This document shows, one piece after another, positions 55,337-64,000 of a stretch of 64,000 nucleotides of DNA (positions are counted from its first letter, which is position 1; each line of letters opens with the position of its first letter). The position numbers and the translations under genes are program-made. Origin of the DNA: Macrostomum lignano. Taxonomy: Eukaryota. The notes beneath the pieces are model-generated. The model was not told the DNA's origin, made no database searches, and saw only the letters and a program-made list of their open reading frames with translations. Location of the stretch: positions 62,001 to 126,000 of the forward strand of contig NIVC01001504.1 of assembly GCA_002269645.1 (NCBI GenBank), given 5' to 3'.

Positions 55337-58300
55337 ATGGCCGGAAAAGCTATCAAGCAGCTATCAAGTGGAGGAAGCGGTCAAAGCCTGAGCGACCGAA
55401 TGACTTCTGCAAAGCATATAATATCTGGGTCTGGTCTCGGCCGAGCAGTTTGTAAAGCTACTACTGAGGAGATTATTGCTCCAAAGAAAAAACATCTAGG
55501 CTGTAAGTTCATTCATCATGAAATAATGTATGATGCCCTAATTCATATATTTTCAAACTATTTCTAAAGTAATTTTTCTTAATAAGCAAAGAGTTAATTT
55601 CTTAATTTCTAAATTATCTTTTTAATTTAGATAAATAATTTAGATAATACGATAATAGGATAGTTAGACAATTTAGAAAGGAAGTATTTTAGAATCAAAA
55701 TTGAAATAAAACTGATTGTATTATTTAGTATAGGCCTATGGCTATGGTATATATTTGTCATTATTTTGTTTTATTTTGTTTATTTTCTATAATTTTTTGT
55801 TGTAGTAGTAATAAAATATATACAAATAATAATATATTTTATAGCTAAAAATTTAAATTTAAATTTGATTTTTAAGATTAATAGCCTAATGAGGGAGACA
55901 AAGAATTGGCCTATAGGCCCTATTTAATAAAAATCTCATTAGTTCCTCTTTATAATTTTAGGTCTTTCTAAAATTAGAGGGCCATTACCATTCTACCCTT
56001 GGGTTACTCTTTTAATGAGTCTAATTATTATAAAAGAAACAATTTGATCATAGTCAATACAATATTTTAACTAATTCAATAGTATATTACTGTATGTGTA
56101 TAATTATAATTACTATATTGTCGTAGGGATTACTTCTGTCCTCTAACTGACTTACTAATTGCTACCAAAGTTGTCCTACGGGTTATGCCTGTCTGCTAAC
56201 TAAAGTTATCCTGATTGCACTTCTGTTTTCACTTCTTAATTGTTTCTTAGAATTTCATCTAAATATTTCTAGGTAGCGTTCTTAGTAGCATTTCTGGTAG
56301 CATTCTGGTAGCTTTCTGGTAGCTTATGGTAGCTTTCTGGTAGCGTTCTGGTAGCTTCTTATGTATGGCCTGAGCAGTCTAGTACTGGTACATGAACTTA
56401 TCAGATTGTCCTAGTCGGGCGTTCACTAGGATTAGAGGGTCACAGCACAACTCTCTGAATTTCCTTTGTATATCTCCCAATCCCTTCTCTTAGCAATTTT
56501 CTGAGCACTTTTACTCCCTCTTTCCTTAAAATAACTAACTCAATAAGATTTCAAAGTTTTATCTGAGAATATAGAATGAGCCAATGTTATAGCGTACGAA
56601 TATTTCGAGAGCAAGAAAAGGTTACTTTTATTTAGGCAAAATTCACTTCTATATATAGGATTTGGGAAGACTAAGTTATAACAAAAAATATTTACCATTT
56701 ATAATTTGCTATTTAAAACAAAGTAGAATAGTGTTTCTTAGTTTTTCGCACTAATTCAGTTTTACTGTAGCTTAAGCAATTTTCGTGTGTATAAAAAGGA
56801 TCAGCAAAGTTACAACGATCTATTAAGGTACAATTATAGAACAAACATTCTACTATAGGCACTAGCAAATGAATTATTAAGGTGTTATAGAGATATACTA
56901 TAGGCACTGGTACAATATTAATATGTACATTAATATGTATGTCATGTATATTAATGTTGTAAATTGTAATTAGTGAAAATAGTTATTTGAAATTAATTAT
57001 TATCAAGATTGTAAAAAACTATGTTACAAATAATAAAAGAATTAATTTTATATTTTTGTTTCATCATTTAATAACTTTTTCACTTTTAGTATTATTCAAT
57101 ATATTGGTTGAAACATTTTCATTTTAAAAATAATACAGCAAGTATTAAATAGTCTATAGCAAACAATTTTATTCATAGGAAAAAAACTTGTTAGTGTTTT
57201 TAATATCTCAAAAGGTAGCAGTGCTAGTTTTTTAAATAAAAATCTACCCTATATGGTAATTAGGATTAAGCATACAATTAATGAGCACTTACTAGCTTTT
57301 CATTTATTAGATAATTGGTCATGCACAATTAGCATTAAGTTGTGGAAGTGCACCAACAGTCATGTTAAACCTAAAATTTGGCGCAGACCTAATTGAGTGC
57401 ACCAACCAAAGCAATGTCAGCATCCCAGAGCTGGCCAATGCCCTGCTGGAGCGGCTGTCCAGCTCCAACTGGGTGGTGGTATTCAAGGCCCTGGTCAGCA
57501 TCCACAGCGTCATGAACTATGGCAACGAGCGGTTCACGCAGTACCTCGCCTCCAACAACTGCAATCTGTCGCTGCGCAACTTCTACGACAAGTCCTCTGT
57601 GCAGGGCGCCGACATGTCGCGTTTTATCTGCCGTTACAGCGCCTATGTACAGGAGAAGGCTTTCGCCTACCGCAGCCTGGCCTACGACCTGTGCAAGGTG
57701 AGGCCGCGATATGACCTTCACCTGAGGTTGGGAAGAAAGGGCAGGAGATATGAGATTCCATTGACCCCTGAGCACGCGCACCGATACGTACGCAGGCACA
57801 CACACAGCGTGTACAGCGGCCCTGACTTTGTCATTGTCAGTCAGTGCACACACTGCTCCTTGGGGTCGGCCCCGGCCTGACCGACTGTCCCATTGTCAGT
57901 CAGTGCACACACTGCTCCTTGGGGTCGCCCCCGGCCTGACCGACTGCCCCATTGTCAGTCAGTGCACACACTGCTCCTTGGGGTCGCCCCCGGCCTGACC
58001 GACTGCCCCATTGTCAGTCAGTGCACACACTGCTCCTTGGGGTCGGCCCCAGCCTGACCGACTGCCCCATTGTCAGTCAGTGCACACACTGCTCCTTGGG
58101 GTCGGCCCCAGCCTGACCGACTGCCCCATTGTCAGTCAGTGCACACACTGCTCCTTGGGGTCGCCCCCGGCCTGACCGACTGTCCCATTGTCAGTCAGTG
58201 CACACACTGCTCCTTGGGGTCGGCCCCGGCCTGACCGACTGTCCCATTGTCAGTCAGTGCACACACTCTGCCCCTGGTAGAGGCAGCGCAAACGAGCCAG

Positions 58301-61300
58301 CCCTCGTTGGCGCAAATGGCACAAGCCCTCGGGCCAATTTTCGTCGGCCGCTCACGGAATCGAACCCGGGTTCTTTGGCGCGAGAGCTGGGCGGGTGAAG
58401 CTTGTAATTTATTTCTTTTCAGGTGAAACGCGGCTCCGACGACGGCGCCTTGCGTACGCAGAGCGTCGAGAAGCTGCTGCGCTCCCTGCCGGTGCTCATC
58501 GCCCAGTTTGACGCCCTGCTGGGCTTCGACGCCACGCCCAGCGAGCTGAGCAACCCCATAATAAACGCGGCCTTCCTCATGCTCTACAAGGACGCCAGCC
58601 GTCTCTTTGTGGTCTTCAACGACGGCGTCATCAACCTGCTGAGCACTTTCTTCGAGTCCATGAACCGCAAGCAGTGCCGGGAGGGCCTGGAGCTCTACAA
58701 GAAATTTCTCGTCCGCAGCGAGCGCCTCGCCGAGTTCAGCCGCGTGGCCGAGTCCGCCGGGGTGGACAGGGCGGACGTGGCCAACCTGGAGCGGCACCCG
58801 ACCTCCTTCCTGGAGGCCATGGAGTCGCACCTCGCCCAGCTGGAGGGCCGCCGCATCTCCCGCTCCAACTCCAGCAACAGCATCGGCTCCGCCGCCTCGC
58901 CCGCTCCTCCGACAGCCGCTGCCGTCTCCGCCTCGGCCGCGGCTTCCGCTGCCCCAGTATCGTCCGCCAGCATGAGCGAAGCCCAGCGCCAGGCCCTTCT
59001 GATGGAGGAGCAGCGGCAGCTGGACCTACTCAAAGCCGAGCGGCAGCGAAAGCTCGCCAGCAGCAGCAGCGGTGGCAGCGGCAGTCAGGGCGCCACAAAG
59101 CAGCCTCAGCAGCAGCCGCCGCCGCAGCAGAAGAGCAACGACGAAGACAACCTGCTGAACCTGATGGATTCGACTCGTACGTGCTATTTGCGGGTGTCCG
59201 GACCCAAACAGATCCATCCTACATTTTTAAAATTTGCATTTCCTTTCAAACTTCTATTTCAAAGCATAAAGATGCAAATGTGAGTTTGCTACTCACTGTG
59301 GACTGACCATGACCTTAGTGACCTGATTTGACCTCACTGACCTGACCTCAGTAACCCTGACCTCACTGGCCTGACCTCAGTAACCTGACCTCACTGGCCT
59401 GACCTCAGTAACCTGACCTCACTGGCCTGACCTCAGTAACCCTGACCTCACTGGCCTGACCTCAGTAACCTGACCTCACTGGCCTGACCTCAGTGACCTG
59501 CCCTCAATGACCTGACCTCAATGACTTGACCTCAGCAACCTGACCTTAATATGAGCTAACCTGACCTCTGTGACCTGACCTCAGCAACCTGACCTCAATA
59601 TGAGCTAACCTGACCTCTGTGACCTGACCTCAGTAATTTGAACTTAATAACCTGACCTCAGTTACCTGACCTCAGTGACCTGACCTGACCTCAGTGACCT
59701 GACCTCAGTGACCTGACCTCAGTGACCTGACCTCAGTAACCTGACCTCAGTAACCTGACCTGACCCCTGTCCATATTTCAGCGGCTATCTCCTCGACGGT
59801 ATTTTCGCCGTTCCCCCCGGCACAGCAGCAGCAGCAGCAGCAGCAGCAGCCGGCATTTGGTGAGTCGCTCTCAGCCTCTCGCTACAACACCATCATTGCT
59901 AAGCATTGATAATCCACAACTTCTTTGCGCATCTGGTTTGAAAAAAATCCCCTTCCGTTCCTTTCAGCTCCATTCTCCACGGCCAGCTTTTCCGCGTTTC
60001 CGCCAACAACGGGTGAGTGCTCAAAGACAGCTCAAGAACTGGAAATGTCATGCCTGATGTCTTGAACTCCATCACTATTGCAGCATTCCCGGCAGCGGCT
60101 TACTCAACAGCTCCCGCCGCATTCTCTGCAGCGCCTCCTCCCGCATCCGCAGCATCCGGTGAGTCACCTGGGGCAGCTCAGGCGGGCATTGCGTAACACA
60201 GAATTGATGATGCTACCTGTTTCATAGCCTGCCAGCCAGCATACCAGAAGCAGAAATAGCCGGAATTACTGCTGCAAATTGGCTAGTGAAATTTCAGGCT
60301 GCTGCGGTAAACACAGCGGCCTGACCAGGGTGCTGGAGGCTGTAAAAGCATGAAAATTTATGATCCGGTCCGCATGGCGGCAGGTGAGATTGTAATCAGC
60401 AAAATATTTCTCACGCGCTGGCGGCGCTGCGCAGCTGGGCGCCCGCCGCAACGCTTTTCCTAATCTGCTGGGTAAAGCCGCGATTAATTCGGGCTGCAAT
60501 CTTCAACACCCTATTGTTAGTAGCAGCCTTAGCTTTTTAGATTTTTTAGCAAAATCGATAATTAGAAACCGTTTCGGGCTATTTGAAGGTTTCAAATCTG
60601 TTAACACCTGATCTGTGCCGTAATGCTGTTGCTGGGAAATCTTTCAATTTTCTCCACATCCTCAGTTTTCACCCCAAAGTCCCACATTTCACCTCCATCC
60701 CCATTGTTATCCCAGATCATCAATTTTCAACTTAGACCCAAAATATTAACCTCGCATCATAAAAGCTCATCCCAGATCCAAAACTTGCATCCCCAGATCC
60801 CAAACTTGCATCCCAGATCCAAAACTTGCATCCCAGATCCCAAACTTGCATCCCCAGATCCCAAACTTGCATCCCAGATCCAAAACTTGCATCCCAGATC
60901 CCAAACTTGCATCCCCAGATCCCAAACTTGCATCCCAGATCCAAAACTTGCATCCCAGATCCCAAACTTGCATCCCCAGATCCCAAACTTGCATCCCCAG
61001 ATCCCAAACTTGCATCCCAGATCCCAAACTTGCATCATAGATCCCAAACTTTCATCCCAGATCCAAAACTTGCATCCCGCAGATCCAAACTTGCACCCCA
61101 GATCCCAAACTTGCTCCCCGCAGATCCAAACTTGCATCCCAAATCCCAAACTTGCACCCCAGATCCCAAACTTGCACCCCAGATCCCAAACTTGCATCCC
61201 AGATCTCAAACTTGCACCCCAGATCCCAAACTTGCATCCCCAGATCCCAAACTTGCATCCCCAGATCCCAAACTTGCAACCCAGATCCCAAACTTGCATC

Positions 61301-63718
61301 CCCAGATCTCAAACTTGCATCCCCAGATCTCAAACTTGCATCCCCAGATCGCAAACTTGCACCCCAGATCGCAAACTTGCATCCCAGATCTCAAACTTGC
61401 ATCTCCAGATCGCAAACTTGCATCCCAGATCGCAAACTTGCACCCCAGATCGCAAACTTGCATCCCCAGATCTCAAGCTTGCATCCCAGATCGCAAACTT
61501 GCACCCCAGATCGCAAACTTGCATCCCCAGATCTCAAACTTGCATCCCAGATCGCAAACTTGCACCCCAGATCGCAAACTTGCATCCCGCATTCCAATCC
61601 CACATCTCAGTGTTTGACCCGTTCGGCGGTGTCCTGGAGCCGACCCGGCCGGGCCAGCAGGCGCAGCAGCGGTCGGCGGCGGGTGCCCCGGCCGGTCAGG
61701 CGGCTCCGGTTGGCCACTCCGGCCTCACGGGCGACCTGGACTCGAGCCTGGCCGCGTTGGCCGGCCGCCTGGATATGCGCGGTCCGCAGTCCGGACAGTC
61801 CATGGGCGCCGGCCGTCAAGGCGTCAACTGGGCGCAGGCGGGCGGCGCCAATTCGGCGCGCACAGTCGGCGGCGGCGGCCCCGCAGCTCCGGTGCCGATC
61901 GCGCCAGGTCCGACTGTCAACTGGGGCGGCGGCGCCATGGCGCTGACCAGCCAGCCGGCGAGGTTCGCCATGCCGGTGAGCCTGGGGTCAGATGTAGCCA
62001 TTGCTTGAACTGGTCCTCTGCTGGTCAGACTTGGTCAAGTCTTGTGCAGCTTTCAGCTAGCATTAATCAGGGTTTAGTCAAGTTCAAGGGTCAGTTTAGG
62101 CTACTTTATGTCAGTTTTAGTTAAGTTTAGGCAAGATTTTTAACCAAGATTTAGTCAGATTTAGTTTAATTTAGATTTAGAAGAACTACCACTCTATATC
62201 AAGATTATTCTATTTTAAGATCAGGTGTATTCCAGTTGACCAGTTTAGGTCAGGTGTATTCCAGTTTAGGTCAGGTGTATTCCAGTTTAGGTCAGGTGTA
62301 TTCCAGTTTAGGTCAGGTGTATTCCAGTTTAGGCCAGGTGTATTCCAGTTTAGGTCAGGTGTATTCCAGTTTAGGTCAGGTGTATTCCAGTTTAGGTCAG
62401 GTGTATTCCAATTGACCAGTTTAGGTCAGGTGTATTCCAGTGTCGGTCAGGTGTATTCCAGTTTAGGTCAGGTGTATTCCAGTTTAGGTCAGGTGTATTC
62501 CAATTGACCAGTTTAGGTCAGGTGTATTCCAGTTTAGGTCAGGTGTATTCCAGTTTAGGTCAGGTGTATTCCAGTTTAGGTCAGGTGTATTCCAGTTTAG
62601 GTCAGGTGTATTCCAATTGACCAGTTTAGGTCAGGTGTATTCCAGTTGACCAGTTTAGGTCAGGTGTCCCAGTTTGGGTCAGGTCAAGTCTTATTTTTGA
62701 ACAGCTTCTATAGAATAATTTGGTGCTTTGATCAGAGTGCTCAGATAATTTGCCAGACTTAGCTTTGTTAGTCTTGAATGGAAGATCACTGGAAGGTCAC
62801 CAGCTTAAATTGCTCCGTCGCTGTCACCTGCAAGCAGCAGTTTGGCTCGGCTTATGCGCCTGGCTATGGCCCAGGCTATGGCCCAGGCTATGGCCCAGGC
62901 TATGGCCCAGGCTATGGCCCAGGCTATGGCCCCTATGGCCCAGGACAGCAGCAGTGGCTTGGCCATCCCGCTGGCCCCCAATACCAGCCAGGGCAGCCAA
63001 CCAGTGGCCAGGTAAAACCAGCTTTGATTATATCTGAGAATCGTTTGAGCTAAACTGATGAGGCGGCAGCTGGCTGCTCACGCGCCATGACCAGAAGCTA
63101 ACAGCGTTGACTTGCTCTTGTTAAAGTACTTTTATAATCATGAAACATAGTTGCTTGCATTCTGATTTTTATAGTTTAACTGCATCAATGCGCTGGAATA
63201 CGTTGAGATAAGGCAGAGTGGCAAGGGGGTCGCCCCCCCCAAGTAGACTGGCGCCTCCTTGACAGCTGATTTGCTCCCAATTTTAGCAGTTTGCCTACAA
63301 GCTGCTGGCGAAGCCTAAGATAGCGCTCCCGAGTTGGCGCCAAAAAATCCTGGCTGCGCCCCTGAGATAAGATAAGATCACATTATTAGGAAGCACTTTT
63401 AAAGGCGATAAGGATTGATATTCAATAGCAGATACGAATTATCGGGAGCCATCAGTTATCGGTGCTAATTAAGCTAATTGGCTGGGTGCGCACCCCCCCC
63501 CCCCGCAATCAGTGCCTTTGGGACAGGGGTCGAAGTTTATCGACGTTTGTGTTAACTGTTTGTTTGCTTTGGCTTTAATTATTTTTGCGATAAGTTTTCT
63601 CATAAAAAATTTCCAAACCAAGCGTCTATTATGAGTAGAAATGCGAACATTTTAACGACTATAAAAATTTCAGCAGAACGGCAGCAGCGGCTCCAGCGAC
63701 CCGTTCGGCGCGCTCTGA
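55337..63718 (+). CDS. PICALM: AP180/PICALM clathrin assembly protein (ANTH domain), about 671 aa; exons 55337-55502, 57387-57697, 58423-59176, 59782-59859, 59968-60012, 60084-60158, 61611-61975, 62835-63011, 63674-63718
   Basis: [66 protein letters not shown] motifs and the C-terminal DPFGAL* are present. Junctions are in phase; the exon 8 acceptor is ambiguous by +/-3 nt. Confidence 0.93.
57760..58395 (-). mobile_element. tRNA-derived SINE copy with an internal tandem expansion, PICALM intron 2
   Basis: B box GGTTCGATTCC on the minus strand at 58366-58356; body core GTGTACAGCGGCCCTG at about 57810 is shared with the 20860 and 24805 copies. Confidence 0.65.
57835..58268. repeat. 59-bp minisatellite, about 7 copies, derived from the SINE body
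   Basis: TGTCAGTCAGTGCACACACTGCTCCTTGGGG recurs at 57835, 57894 and onward. Confidence 0.93.
59320..59765. repeat. short-unit (ACCTGACCTCAGT-type) satellite at the 3' end of PICALM intron 3
   Basis: Visible periodicity up to about 17 bp before the acceptor. Confidence 0.9.
60770..61590. repeat. 20-21-bp minisatellite (CCAGATCCCAAACTTGCATCC) in PICALM intron 6
   Basis: Visible periodicity ending about 20 bp before the acceptor. Confidence 0.95.
62220..62690. repeat. 21-bp minisatellite (CAGGTGTATTCCAGTTTAGGT) in PICALM intron 7
   Basis: Visible periodicity with occasional 8-bp insertions. Confidence 0.95.
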
Positions 63719-64000
63719 CGGCTTCGACTCCTCCGGCTTGACAAATCGCTGCAAATAAATGACAGATGGATGATGAACAGCCTGACTATTCCCACACTGC
63801 GACAGCATTGCACTTGCTTATTGTAGATGCCCTAGAATCTTACAAATATCTGAAATGCGCTCTCGCGTTTCTGTTGTGCGCGTCATCAATCTGCTTTCCG
63901 CTTAACCATCTACCAGCTTCCCCTGATCCGCCATCAGCTGCCCCATCAGCCCCCTACGCCTCGCTGAGTTTTATTGCGGCCCGCTGAGGCTCCTCATTCG

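Noticed and set aside
60623-61610. Repetitive N-terminal part of the 461-aa ORF
   Set aside because: Intronic 20-21-bp array; only 61611-61975 is a PICALM exon.
63215-63363. G/C-run elements ending TCCTGGCTGCGCCCCTG (similar near 660-800, 22300-22520 and 53320-53585)
   Set aside because: They resemble MITE remnants, but paired termini and TSDs could not be established.

Overview
Eukaryotic (metazoan) genomic DNA with GC-rich exons, AT-rich spacers and introns filled with tandem repeats. The style resembles the flatworm Macrostomum, but that is inference only. I assembled the genes by hand from GT-AG splice sites with consistent reading phase. They are: an alpha-tubulin (+, ATG-only first exon), a degenerate RhoA-like gene with a premature stop (-), a FAM102/EEIG1 NT-C2 gene (-, 5 exons), a NEK6/7 kinase (-, with two duplicated alternative first coding exons), a 12-exon AMPA/kainate-type glutamate receptor (-), an intronless N-acetylglutamate synthase (-) and a 9-exon AP180/PICALM (+). 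Mobile DNA includes a very young full-length Ty3/gypsy (Mag-like) LTR element inside a receptor intron, with LTRs 313/314 identical, a 5-bp TSD and one nonsense codon. There is also a non-LTR RT fragment, several MITEs (one with an 8-bp hAT-type TSD) and a tRNA-derived SINE family. About 25 unrelated mini/microsatellite arrays occur, and most ORF-track entries are artefacts of them. The most unusual observations are three: a 41-bp intronic minisatellite whose unit is the exon end plus the GTGAGT splice donor; the duplicated NEK first exons, each encoding the glycine-rich loop and catalytic lysine; and a minisatellite that grew inside a SINE. No CRISPR, rRNA or true tRNA genes were found.
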